Source: Phoronis australis
Taxonomy: Eukaryota; Animalia; Phoronida
Assembly (NCBI GenBank): GCA_002633005.1
Contig: NMRA01000103.1
Coordinates: forward strand, 84,183 to 148,182
Length of the DNA: 64,000 nt
Direction of reading: 5' to 3'
Under the pieces are notes generated by a model, which did no database searches, was not told where the DNA came from, and saw only the letters and a program-made list of their open reading frames with translations. Of this stretch, positions 49,317 through 62,664 are shown one piece after another. Every line of letters starts with the position of its first letter. Position 1 is the stretch's first letter. The position numbers and the translations under genes are program-made.

Positions 49317-51399
49317 ACTGATCATTCACAGTTACTACTACCAGTAAGATGCAAGAGCCTGTACAAGCAATGCATTTTGACACTCGACCATATTTGGACT
49401 CATTTTCGTCAGTGCTATGGTTTGCTTCGTTTTTTTTTTACAAAACTTTCTATGGTAGACATATATGATCTCGTTTGTCCCATTTACATAATAAACCCTT
49501 GCATAAATCCAATAACTCGAAGCCCCCTTAGCGTCACTCTGTAGAACAACGAAGAATTGCTAATTCAGTTAATTAGGAAAAAGAGTTTTCGAGAACGGGT
49601 TGGTAAATTTCACAAAAAATTTCCAATTTTAATATCCATTCATCAATCTCAAAAATGCTGTTAGGGTTTTCCTCTTCAACGCCTACGTTTTGCGTACCGT
49701 AAAATAGACGAATATGACTGCCATTTTTTACAAAAATACCATACATTTCACGAATTGATTTGGTAAAGAAATAAAACTAAATGGGTAATCGAAAATTCCT
49801 AAAAGCGTTTTGAGGTAAATTACTAGGTTTTCATTTAAAAAGGTTTCATTAAAATTGACTAAGGGGGTTATTATGCGATGAACATGTCCATTTTTTTATA
49901 GAAATGTAATTTTGACTGGCACATAAAATAATACATGTTTTTATAATTTTTGATTCTTTTACTTTCACTCCACAAAATATATGAGTACTTTATAGCCTGT
50001 TTTTTAGATATGAGCTGGAATGAAGGTCACTAAGGTTTGAGATAACCTTAAACAGACTTCTACACAGTGTTTATATTAGCAAGTTTAAGGTAACTGTGAA
50101 CCTTGTTTACCAGATTGTACTTATGTATTTATGTGTACAAATCATATATTTTCTGAAAGGTCAATAAATTTTTTATCAGAATTGATTATTATTGTCTTCA
50201 TTTTTTCCCGAGATCTGGCAGGTTTTTTAGTGACTTTGAACAGAGATTATAAAAATAGTGATCCTCCAATCACATTGGTCTTGTGTCAACATGTTGACAA
50301 GGGAAGAGTGTCTCACATTTTCAAAACGAAGCCTTCAAAAATCAAGGCAGGCCGTTTCCTCTCAAAACGCTTTAAATGTAGGTTTGTAAAATTGGAAAAA
50401 GTCTAATCCGGTTGAACAGCAAAAGAGTGCAACTAAAACTTTGTAAAAATTAACAAATTCCCACCAGACTTCACACAGTACAAAACAAAATGAATCGGAC
50501 AAAATACGTCGTGATGGCTAATAACGTTAACAGCAAAAATGACTGGTAATGAGTTTAATATCAGATCTTTTTGTTTGAATACTTTTGACTTGTACAGTAC
50601 ACGTATGCTGACAAAGATTACAATTAGCCTTTTCAGTCGGATCATAACACTCCAAATACAGAGCTAAAAAACATTCAATCTCCGAGTGCTCGCTTAATGC
50701 TGATTTATAATAATTCAGCTTGCAAAATTAGTAATTAAAAACATTTAGGCCCAGGGGGACAGCAACTAGCAACTTGGGTGTTCCCGTTTCAATAAAATTG
50801 TGCACACAAGGGTAAATTGTTAGCCCTAGGGTCATTATGCGTGCCACTCGTATCCCTTTGACCAAATGCGACTTTTTACAAATTCCACTTTATTAGGAGT
50901 TAAAAAGATGTCATCTCCTTTCAAGGGTATTATTAAGTAAAGTGAGGTACTCCTACCGCGGAGTGCAAAATCCCCAGAGAAATAGTATCACCTCAGAACA
51001 ACATACATAACATCCTCTCAGAAACTTCGTTATTGCCATCTATATCTCTGGGCGAAAATGAGATCAGTGCTCATGATTCCAAGCTAGGGCTCATATTCTG
51101 AAAGTCTCACTTTATTAGGGTCCAGTTTGTGGCCATGTACTTTGAAAGAGTGGGGTTCTGGTGCTTTTTCAAAATCTCTTGTTGAAACGAGGTTACTCAC
51201 GTCTGTGGTGTCTGCACCCCGCCCAAAATTTGGAATGTTTGAGTGCTACCCTATTGCAAAATGTGAAAGTAGTTAATAACAGTTTTTCATGAATAGTGGA
51301 TAGTGTTCTAAATTCACATAAAATTCCAAAGTGAGTTTTCAGCAGATATAAGGAGTAACATGTTTGAATTGCAATTTCTCTAACTGTTACAATTGCCAC

Positions 51400-52650
51400 A
51401 TTTTCAAAAAGATTTTCCATTTAGGTACTTTACCATCAAGGTGTAAACACGAATTGATGATACCTGTGCAAAAAGATTCAACAACTGAAGTGTTCTGTTG
51501 TCAACCAATTACTCTACTCTATTCTCGCTCAAAGCTTATTGAAAAAATATATTTCTCGTATATATGACCACTTGATATCTCAAAATTTACTAGATTCTGC
51601 TAAATATGAGTTTCTGCCAGGCAAAAGCACCACATCTCGATTGAAATTGTTTACAGTCTCCACTCAGAATTTCTTAATGTTGGTGTTATTTTTCAGGATC
51701 TAGCTTCTAAATTCGATACGGTGCCACTCGATCTGTTATTAAAACTTTGTAAGTATTTAATAAGTTGAACAGTGTAGTTTGCTTTAGTCGTATCTTTTAA
51801 ATAGAACCTTATAATAGAGTTCGTGTCGATGGAGTTGTTTCTGAAGAATCACCAACTGGGAATGTCAATGCTGGTATACCACAAGGCAGTGTCTTGGGAC
51901 CACTGCTTTTTCTATTAATTATTAATGACCTACCTGATGGACTGTATTCTAAGACGTCTTTATATGCTGAAGAGAACATTTATGTTTTTAGGTCTTTTAC
52001 AAAGAGACATTGATTTAGCAATAAAATGACGTATGAAGTTCGAAACGTCAAAAAGTTTCATATGACAAAAAGGTTTTCGCCAAAATCTCTACACAACATC
52101 GTACTGAAATGACTATTGTTGTTGTGTACTTAGTCACACAATAACAGGATGTTTGTAGGTTGTTATTGTTTATGAGTTCAGCAGTCTAACTAGTATTATG
52201 TCATGCGATTCCTAGTATAGGAAGTGTTTCATAGGTAAAGCATCATATGTTGTTATGTAATTGTGTGTATATATATTGTTGTGTTATGTGGAATAAATCA
52301 GTTAAGTGTTCATTTCAATTCTGTTCGTTTCACTGCGTAGTTAATGGAGTGTCTACTTTATTTGACAAAGTAAGATACACAACAATTATTACTCAAAGTG
52401 TGTCTGTAGAGCATTTGGGTGTTCTGCTTGATCCCCAACTCACTATAAACCATCTCAGTGTTCATTTAAAAAAATCGCACCATTCACAAATCTTTCGAAA
52501 TATATTTCCAGTTGCCACTTAAATTTGATTTATAACTCTTTTTCTAATTCATTTAAACTAAGCAGATACTGTTCATAATAACACTAATTTAACCACACTT
52601 TGTAAGATCGATGGACTTCTGAAGCAAGCTGCTCTTTCTGTCACTGGAGC
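51400..52650 (+). mobile_element. Degenerate CR1/L2-type LINE reverse-transcriptase fragment
   Basis: NAGIPQGSVLGPLLFLLIINDLP..SLYAE at ~51870-51970; FxDLxxxFDTV-like remnant; many disablements. Confidence 0.8.
52120..52384. mobile_element. Probable small solo LTR inside the LINE fragment
   Basis: Termini TGTTGTGTA...TACACAACA; AATAAA inside; near-TSD ATTGT/ATTAT. Confidence 0.5.
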
Positions 52651-52654
52651 AGTC

Positions 52655-55144
52655 AAGACTTATTTTGTATCAATTTAGATCCAGTAGTTCTACTCGATAA
52701 GGTAACGCTCGGTTGCGTTACCTGACACCTGACGGCAGACGGAGGTGTTGAAATTATCTAAAGACGTCATTGGTTTCGCACGCAGTGTGTTCAGCAGTTC
52801 ACAACACGGTTTCCTGGTGTCAGCTTATCGCTTTAATCCATCGGTTAACACCAATAAATCATCAAACCTCGATGTAAAACCCTTAAAATACACCGAGTTC
52901 TTATACAAACGCTTTGTTTTATTTCGCTGTTACAGATTTATTGGTATTTGGACACACCGTAGCCTACAAATCGGTTCGGCAAGTCAATTTACCAAGGTCC
53001 GTAGCAGGAGTTTGGGGTCTGTTCGGAGATAAATTCGAAGTATTCTTCCGTGAAATACAGACAGGAGAACCTAGATCTGTGTTGTTTAGACTTGTGATTT
53101 TGTGAGTTCTAAACACACAAAACGCTTGTTATCCCGGCCAGAGGCTCGGAACCTAATCAGGCCCGTAGCGACCGGACTGACTCGTTATCCCGGCCAGTGG
53201 CTCGGAATCCGATCAGGCCCGTCGCGGCCGCAGGGACTGGCACGAACATAAACCAGCTTGAGTTGGAAACTAAAAATCCAGCCACGTAAAACTATAATAC
53301 TGAGCCAAAGAAATAATGTGCACGTGATTATTTATGTGAATTAACCACGAAACTGAAAATCTACTTACTTGTCGGGGTCGATCGCGAAGTCAGGTTCCCC
53401 TTCCATAGACCGTCAGGGCAAAGGTTGTACAGTAACACTGATTTGAATAATGTATTTTTATTTCTAAATAAATATTCCCCTAACATGTGACCATAGCATA
53501 TAAAATCAAGTAATTGTTTCACAACAGTTTTCTGTCAGTAAACACTGAATTAGCATGCGCTCACACGGCCTCGGTGCCCGGTCGATTGCGCAATGGTTTA
53601 TTCATTGCTGGCTTCTCAACATTTGCACTCACGAATACTGCAAAGGCATTACAAATTGTATTTAATGAGACAGACTTTGTTTCAGTTTTATATAAGTATT
53701 GGTTAGGATGAGGATAATGCATTTTGAAACGGAACGTAGAAAATTAACGTCTACATGGCAACTCCTCCGGCGCCAATCCCGATTTAGACAAGAGCTCATC
53801 AGACGAAGACTTCACGGGTCGGATCGTTAGTGTCAGAATATAGTCTGACAGTATTATTAGTTGTATTGTTTTCTTCTTTATTCAGTTTGATTGGCATGAC
53901 CCCTGAGTTAAGTACGTCGACGGTAATTTGTTTACTACAGAATAGTATGGAACTTTCTGGACGACTGAGGTCAGAACAGTGATGATGTAATTTGTTTACT
54001 ACAGTATAGTGTGGAACTTTCTAGAAGACTCTAGCATGAGAGTGATTAATGCAGTCTGAAATATTCTAGAGACTAGTACATGTTTGTAGAATGGTGGGGT
54101 AGATTCAGGAAAGTTCTAGAATGTGCTTGAATTGATGACTGAAAAGTTCTAGAACAATGCATTAGGCTATAAATACACAAACACGGGTTTGTGTTAGTCA
54201 CTTGAGTCCAAGAAGATTAAGTCAGTGAGATCAAGTCAGTTCAAGATCAGATCACGTCAGTTCAAGAGAAGATCAAGTCGGGAGATCAAAAGAAGATCAA
54301 GTAAGTTCAAGAAATATAATCAGGAGAACTACAGTTGAGTTGCAGTGAAGAGATCAGCAGTTACAGCGATGGTCAATAGGGAGCCACCTATAGAGACAGC
54401 AGGTTATTGAACCAACGAGTGTAATAGTTGCTGGAAATATCTCAAAGTTCATCACAAGTCTAGGCTTCGCAACACTGGCTGGAGCATAAACAGGCATTAC
54501 GTCGGACGTTTTGTTTGAGTAGGCTTGTGAACGTACGGTCGGGATTAATAAAGGATTAACTCGAACCAGTCTTCAGTCAATCATCGCACCCAAAGCTATT
54601 AGCACCGGTCTGTAACAACCTGCGCCCTCCCAAACACGGGAAAACGTGCCAGTTAGATTTCAAAGGCTATCAGTTCGAACCGGAATACACTGACCAAGAA
54701 ATACTAGAGGGGCACTGTGAACAAGAACAGGCAACGGAACGTATGGAAAGTTCTTTGCTAAGCCGGCTTTCGTCTGGGAATCACTGTCGACGAAATGTAG
54801 GCCACAGATACGGAGATGTTTCACGGCCTCATATTTGCTATTACCAGCGTACCTTTCATTCTTCACTACCGCGAGCCACTTCCTAAGCTTTTCGGGCTCT
54901 CGAGGAAGTCGAAAAAACGATATACCCGCTTTCTTTGAAGCTTCATAGTTCGGACAAGCGGGAACGATGCACCGCAATATAGCGGCATTCACTCTGCAGA
55001 CGAAGCACTGACGTCGTTTCTCACCTTCCTCACGGGTTAACGCGACACCTCTCTGCAAGGTGAGGTCGACCGTATAAGAAGCGATGTGGATATAGACCGA
55101 TTGAGACGGTAAAAAAGACTAATTAAATCGGGAGGCATTCTCCT
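52655..55144 (-). mobile_element. Kolobok-type THAP element, family B, copy 2 (carries a solo LTR)
   Basis: GGCATTCTCCT|TTAA at 55144-48; THAP ORF at 55058-54660 (RCIVPAC..ISFFRLP..KWL..RICGLHF); the far TIR is missing. Confidence 0.85.
53831..54651 (+). mobile_element. Solo LTR (family L1) nested in Kolobok copy 2
   Basis: TG...CA termini; 5-bp TSD GTTAG; TATAAA near 54168 and AATAAA near 54547; paralogous to 19692-20342. Confidence 0.9.
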
Positions 55145-56871
55145 TTAAAGTCCTTGGTTCTCTCGACTGTACTTTTCTGCCCCTGATACTAAATTACGTT
55201 TATTGCGTGAAAAAGAAGTCATGGGTAACCAATTGAGAGTGGGGTTGTACCTCACTTCAGAGAAGTTCTAACATAACTTTGCCAATTTGTCTTATAAATG
55301 TACCTGAGATGTAATTAATAGTGATGCTCACTACTTGCTTTTATGCCCATCTATGATGCTGAGTGCGAACAGCTCTTTCGCAACCTGCAATCCAACAATC
55401 ACATGTGGTTACATTTTCAAAATCTGTCCTGCTCTTGTTACCGTATGAATTTGTTCTTGTTTTCTTTACGTTTGGCATAGTTGCTCAATATTATGTTTTG
55501 TACATGTACGTTATTGGTTTATAGTTAAAAGCTTGAATATAACAGTTTGCTTTTTGGTGTATTTAATGTATTGCCATTTGTTAGTGTAGCAATAAAAAAG
55601 AAAACTCAACTTCCTCTAAGGTGCTCCACCGAGGACCTGGTTAAACTAAATGTCAGTCACACTCTCCAATATGAGATGAGCTCTGTTGCAGAGTAAAACA
55701 CGACATGGTTATCGAATAATGTATCATGGCGTTAGTATAAAAGGTAATACAACACAAAACTGTAAAATGGGCACAGAAAACAATATTTTATGGCAGTATA
55801 AAAATACTTGCATGAACCATCCATTTGTCAACCTTGTTTCTATGTTAACCATTTGATTATGACTCCATACAACATTTCACAATAATAGCATGAGACTTAA
55901 GAAACACTGAAATTCCACTGCTTTAAAATACCCGTCCAGTTTACAAATGAACTGTAGATGGCACTACAAATTTGACTACGGCAAATGTCATCATGTCGCC
56001 ACAAAATAAAAAATAGGCTATTACAATGGGCATTAGGGTAATATCAAATTTGCACATAATTTTTGAAGGAAAATGGAATCCCTTAAGAAATAATTGTGTT
56101 GTTAAGTTGTTCAATGCACAAACACACAAGCATATTATCGAATAAAAACGGGTACATGTAGCTGGAAAAACAATACAAAATGCAAATTTCAAATAACACA
56201 CAATGTTTTTTACATAAAGAAAATCAGCATGCAGCTGAGTGCCACTAAAGACATGCATACATTAAGCGCCTTTTTGACTTGACTAAGAATACAGCTTCAA
56301 CTTAAGGCACCCTGACAATTGCACAATTTCATAACGATTTAACTTCTCTGAAATGAAAATAAAGTGCATGTGAACTTTGGAGGAAGTGCATGTCCCAAAG
56401 CAAATTAGAAAATTTGGCGCCCATTGATTTGTGAGAGGCGAATATGAATTATAGTAAACTAGTCATAAAAATACATGCGACTGCAGGCAATGCAAGTCAT
56501 TGAATGCCATGGTATCAATGCATGTTCAAGCCCTGTCCTTGATAAAGTTGTGCAGAGTGCATAACGTCTGGCATATCCCAAGGTACTATGTGAACCATTC
56601 CTCTTGTGAAAATACTCAAGTTTTGATTTAAGTCACATATTGTGGCAAGTTTGAGTATAAACTGCTGATACCTAAAATTGCTTGGTGGAACACAATTTTA
56701 CATTTAAGATAAAAGAGATAGTTCTGGTGTTTATCACGACTCTACTAAGATGGCGCAGAATACATCAAACCCGTCTAGAAATAGGAAGTCTTCCTTGTGC
56801 CACAAATAGAAAACTATTCACACTTCTTCATCGGAATCATTTGATGAACTCCAAAGATACAGAGGCAAATA

Positions 56872-57712
56872 AAACAAAAGCAACGTGGAGTGTTGAAATG
56901 CGCTTTTGATTGCACTGCAAACAGTGTACCAAAACAAGACTAGATAACGGTAAAAATGACCACTAGATTGCGCAAAATACTAATTCAAATACAATTGAAA
57001 ACGAAAACGTCATCTTATGTTTAATAGAATGCTATTTACTAAATTTCAAAGCAATCAGAGAAACACTCGGCAGAGGAAAAAATGGAGTTACCAGTGGTAT
57101 AGCGGGCACAACCACTGCATGTCCTCATCATCTGTTGTCAACATCATATAATTATATAGCTAAATTTAATAAAGATCCTGTAGGGGGTTTAGAAGATATG
57201 GCCATGAGCCCAAAAGAAACAAAACGTACACTTGAGGAGGTGGCACACTAGTCAGCCGTCCTCTTCACACTAGAAACATTATATTACAATCATCCTTCGA
57301 GTTTGGTTGATAGAGGGGCGGACTCCCAAATACAGAGTCGACTAAAATACATTAAAAATTGGCCACAAGGTGGTACAAAGTACTTCGAATGCATCCGAAA
57401 ATGGAAGGATAGCGTCATGTCACTAATAAATGCCTATCTACCAAATTTTACCAGAATCTGTTGAGGACCTTTGAAGACTTAGAGAGGTAAATGAAAAAAC
57501 AAAATTGCCACTTAAAGGCAAACACCAGTAGTCGGATCCGTCTGGAAGTTTGTTTTTTTCCAACCCATCTATAAAAGGAACACGTGTAAAATATTTTGAA
57601 CAAACGTCAAAGGGTTATGGAGATAGAGCCGTGGTCGGAGGCCCGACAAATGCCGGATGACTGGACGGACGGACAGCTATGATGGCATAATGCGCCCAAA
57701 CAGTGCATAAAA
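56872..57712 (-). mobile_element. Copy of the modular Crypton-like repeat (reverse orientation)
   Basis: AACAAAAGCAACGTGGAGTGTTGAAATGCGC end motif, (GGAC)n tract and GCATAAAA start. Confidence 0.65.
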
Positions 57713-57719
57713 GTTAAAA

Positions 57720-59580
57720 TTGACAGCAGTGGGCACTGCAGCAATCGGGTTGGATAGAAACTCATTGTTAGCTCCGTATCAACATGTTGTCCAAATTTCA
57801 TAACAATCCCGCAAAGGGTGAAAATACAACGCCCATGCAAAAAATAAACCTATCACTACGGGAGTGCATAAAAACGTCGGCCACGGTCTTCACAACTGAT
57901 TTGACAACATCAACAGGATTGGCATGCAAGGGGACGAAAATGCGTGCCCTGTTTAACCCAGAGGATCAAGCAAAGTCCTCGGCACATCAAAGGCTTATGG
58001 CGCTGATTCAGATTTAATCATAAATGCCACACACATAGCAAAAATAGTTTTAGACACTTTCAGATTTCTGCGACCAGTTAAACGTACAGCTGTCCAAAAT
58101 TTCCCTGCTGAAAGCGTGAAGAATAAAGCCAAGTCATCGGCCTCCCAGAGAAACAAGACAGCCGCAGAGAGTCTAAGAGATTTGTTCATACGCATAGTCG
58201 TAGTTGTTGCAGAGAGGGCAGACTTCGATCTTCGACAACTTCTGATCTCACATCCTGTCACACCTTATCCATTAGCACTTGCTCACTGCGATGGAGCGCT
58301 CGTCAAAACGGAAAAGCCTGCTTTGCTGAAAAAAATTGAATTGTTCCAGACAGAACCTATAACAGATGGAGATTTTCTACACGACTANNNNNNNNNNNNN
58401 NNNNNNNNNNNNNNNNNNNNNNNNNNNNNNNNNNNNNNNNNNNNNNNNNNNNNNNNNNNNNNNNNNNNNNNNNNNNNNNNNNNNNNNNNNNNNNNNNNNN
58501 NNNNNNNNNNNNNNNNNNNNNNNNNNNNNNNNNNNNNNNNNNNNNNNNNNNNNNNNNNNNNNNNNNNNNNNNNNNNNNNNNNNNNNNNNNNNNNNNNNNN
58601 NNNNNNNNNNNNNNNNNNNNNNNNNNNNNNNNNNNNNNNNNNNNNNNNNNNNNNNNNNNNNNNNNNNNNNNNNNNNNNNNNNNNNNNNNNNNNNNNNNNN
58701 NNNNNNNNNNNNNNNNNNNNNNNNNNNNNNNNNNNNNNNNNNNNNNNNNNNNNNNNNNNNNNNNNNNNNNNNNNNNNNNNNNNNNNNNNNNNNNNNNNNN
58801 NNNNNNNNNNNNNNNNNNNNNNNNNNNNNNNNNNNNNNNNNNNNNNNNNNNNNNNNNNNNNNNNNNNNNNNNNNNNNNNNNNNNNNNNNNNNNNNNNNNN
58901 NNNNNNNNNNNNNNNNNNNNNNNNNNNNNNNNNNNNNNNNNNNNNNNNNNNNNNNNNNNNNNNNNNNNNNNNNNNNNNNNNNNNNNNNNNNNNNNNAATG
59001 CAGAAGTCAACAACAGTAACCTTGGGAATGAAGCAACCAGCAATAGAGATAGTTCTTTTGAAGAACTGACAGATTCCGAAGATGATCCATGGACTGAAGA
59101 CTCCGACTCTGATGAAGAGGATTAATTACGGCACTTTGGATTTGACTTAAACATGCACAGTGAATAAGTTGGCTCATTGGAATGAGATGAATATTGGTTA
59201 TAGCAGGAAGAGATAACCAGGAAGGGACAACTGTTTTAGCGCATTTTAACGGATATTCAAAAGGGATTTCAAAAGTAACTGTTAAAGTCGTCTGAAATCT
59301 AAGCATTGTGTTTGAAAATTTAACTCTTTAGCTATAAAATGACACCACTTTGGTCCCCAAAGACTGCATATTAATGGCACTAGGATGCTTTGAACATGAC
59401 TTATTTTACCCTTCCAAAAGATGCCACTTCCCAGGCATGTACTCGGGCATGATCCTCTTTTTTGAACCAACAGATGTCACTAATATATGCAAACGAGGCT
59501 CCCATCTCCTACGTCATATGACGTCATACGACGTCATACGACGCGAACTTCCAACTTTGAACCCTCCGGTGCCTATAGTG
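57720..59580 (+). mobile_element. Fragment of a large Chapaev/CMC-like DNA transposon spanning an assembly gap
   Basis: LISHPVTPYPLALAHCDGALVKTEKPALLKKIE motif; acidic C-terminal tail ...DSDSDEED* ending near 59125; candidate right end CCTATAGTG at 59580. Confidence 0.5.
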
Positions 59581-60731
59581 AATGACTTGAAACGCAGTTC
59601 TACCTGATAGGGCAGATCTAAGAAAATTAAGAACTCACACATAAAAATACATTTAATTGTATTTGGATATGCTTTCATATGTGTAAGCGTGGACTTTGTC
59701 ATTTTGCTTAAATCCAGATTCAGAAGCAGGTTTTAGTCAAGAAATTAGCTGCTCCCGGTGTCGTGGTGTCCGAGTCGCCGGGAAGTCCGATCTATGCATG
59801 CGCAATTCGACGCTAGTCGCTGGTCAGCTCCGCTATGATTCATTTGAGACGTGCGGCTTAAATTGAACCTGATACCCGTGATCTGGCTCCAAGGTCGTTT
59901 TGTTTGACCCAGTTTCGGGAAAAGTTTATCTTAATACGGTCATTTCTTGAAGATTTTTTTGAAAGATATGATCCCGAAATCCTTGGCCTATAGAGCTGTA
60001 TCAAAATTCCTTGTTGAAACACGGCCACTGGTCCAGCTTCTGCCGCCGGGCGGCTGGAGAAAATGCTATGGAACGCGTGTCCCAAAAATGCACACACTTC
60101 AACCCCTGCACGGTTCAAGTTCTTTTCCCGTCAATCACTGTGCGCGGATTCTACGCGGGCAGCCTACACCTTATTTTTAACGTGGGTGCGTCACTGAGTC
60201 ACGACATGTCCAGCCTTTGTAGTATGCACGGGAATGTCAAGCAAACGATTAGTTTTAGAAGAACCTAAAACATTGCACAATACTACTGGGAACTACAAGC
60301 ATCAAGGAAATGCAAAGACAATCTTTCCAAATTTATGAGCAATGGCGTGAAGTTCTTTTTCGATCCGATCTACGGTTTGTAAATTTTTGAATTTCTTTAG
60401 TCTAGTTTTTAATTCAATACATTCATGAATATCACTGTTATCGTTTAGAGCCCTTCTTTGCGATATGTGGTCTGAGGATGGTCCTTCAGCCTTCATTTCA
60501 ACTAAGTTCAGTGACGCATCGCCATTTCTTACGAGACAGCTTCTGTGCTGTGCACGAATGTTTTGTGTTTTTGCTGAATTTGGAATTTCAACTTCCCCTC
60601 GAGAGTAGTTGGCAGTGTCATGTCGGAGGTGTAAAGAGGACGCAGCACTGAAAAAAGTAGGGGCTAAAGCCCCCTCAGCCCCCCTGTAGTGCACCGCCTA
60701 TGGACCACTGAAAAACTTGGGACTGAATTAA

Positions 60732-62664
60732 AGGAGAATGCCACCCGATTTTTTGCCTTAGCAATCGGTCTATATCCACATCGCCTCGCACACGGTCGAC
60801 CTTACCTTGCCAAGAGGTGTCGCGTTAACCTGTGAGGAAGGTGAGAAACGACGCTAGCGACGTCAGTGGTTCATCTGCAGAGTGAATGCCGCTATGTTGC
60901 GGTGCATCGTTCCCGCTTGTGTGAGCTATGCAGCTGCGAGGAAAGCGGGGATATCGTTTTTTCGACTTCCTCTAGAGTCCTAAATGTTTAGGAAGTGTAT
61001 CGCAGTAGTGAAGAATGAAAAGTACGATGTAAATAGCAAGTATGAGACCGTGGAACATCTCCTTGTCTGTGGCCTGCAGTCGTCGACAGCCGCGTGAGAG
61101 CCTGACGAGTGCCAGCTTGCCAAATAACTATCCCTTCGTTCCGTTGTCTGAGCTTGTTCACGGCGCCTCTTTAGTATTTCTTCATCACTGTATTCCTTCC
61201 TGTTCGAACTGATAGCCTGTGAAACCTAACGATCCACCTGCGAAGTCTTCGTTGGGACTGATGAGCTCTCGTCTAAGTAGCAGGGGATTGCGAGTTGTGA
61301 TGGTGACGTTTATTACTGAGGGTTCTGTTTCAAAATGAATTATTCACACCCTAACCAATACTTATATAAAACTGAAACAAAGTCTGTCTCATTAGATGCA
61401 CTTTTTTATGCCTTTGGAGTGTTCCTCAGTGCAAATGATTTGAGAAGCCAGCAATGAATAAATCACTGCGTTACCGGCTTTAGGTACAATAAAACTAATT
61501 GACAGGACACCGAGGCCGTGTGAGCTCATGCTAATTTAGTGTTTGACGGCAGAAACTGTTGTGCAACAACTCGATTTCCATCCCACAGCCAGGTGTTAGG
61601 GGAATCTTTATTTATATTTACATTATTTAAATAATGATTGTCAATGTACAACTTCTGCCCTGACCATGCGCGCACCCATGGGGGCTCGGGGGCTCTAACA
61701 AGGCCAAAGTGGCGAGGTGGGCAAAAAGGTCCGCCTCTGGGAAACAAAAAGTCCGAGAAAATGAGACTAAAGTCCTCTAAATAAGCACAATCGCGCAATT
61801 CACAGTAGTGCCCCCGTTTTTTTTTAGCTCACCCGCTTTTTTGTTACCAAAAGGTTTACAACGTCAGAAATTCGAGCCCCCCATATTGAAGGCTGGGTGT
61901 GCGCATGCTGATGGTGCTGTGGACAAAGCGGAACCTGAACTCGCGGCCCCGACGAGTAAGTAGATTTGCAGTTTCGTGGCTAATTCACCAACATAATAAC
62001 GTGCACATTACTTTGGCTCACTAGTATAACATTTTCCTGACTAAAAGTTTAGTTTCCAACTTTGAATGGTTTATGTTCGTGATGTCTGATCAGTTTCCGA
62101 GCCACTGGTCGGGATAACGAGTCAATCCGGCCGGCCGCGACGGGCCTGATCGGGCTCCGAGCCACTGGCCAGGATAACGAGCGTTTTGCGTATTTAGAAC
62201 TCAAAAAATCACAATTCTAAACTACACAGACTAGGTTCTACTGTCTGTATATCACGGAAAAATACTTCGAATTTATCTCCGAACAGACCCCAAACTCCCG
62301 CTACGGACCTTATTGGAATGCCGAGCCGTTGTAGGCTACGGCCGTGTCCAAATACCAATAAATCCGTAACAGCGAAATAAAACAACACGTTTTTATAAGA
62401 ACTCGGTGTTATTTTATCGGTTTTACATCGAAATTTGATGATTTATTGGTGTTAAACGATGACTTCAAGCGATAAGCTGACACCAGTAACCCGTGTTGTG
62501 AACTGCTGAACAGACTGCGTGTGAAACCAATTACGTCATTGGATAATTTCAACACCTCAGTCTGCCGTCAGGTGTTAGGTAACGCAATCGCGCGTGCCGT
62601 TATGGAGTAGAACTACTTGATCTAACTTGATACAAATTAGGTAGTTTTTGGGTGGCATGCTCCT
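60732..62664 (+). mobile_element. Kolobok-type THAP element, family B, copy 3 (both ends intact)
   Basis: TTAA TSD on both sides; TIR AGGAGAATGCCACCC/GGGTGGCATGCTCCT; decayed THAP starting MLRCIVPAC at ~60894. Confidence 0.9.
61665..61907. mobile_element. hAT-type MITE with a 5-bp TSD, nested in Kolobok copy 3
   Basis: TIR CATGCGCGCACCCA/TGGGTGTGCGCATG; TSD CTGAC/CTGAT; absent from copies 1 and 2 (empty site CCCTGACGGT). Confidence 0.8.

Noticed and set aside
58357-59069. ORFs of 200-300 aa across N runs (also 30767-31486)
   Set aside because: Their length is an artefact of assembly gaps.
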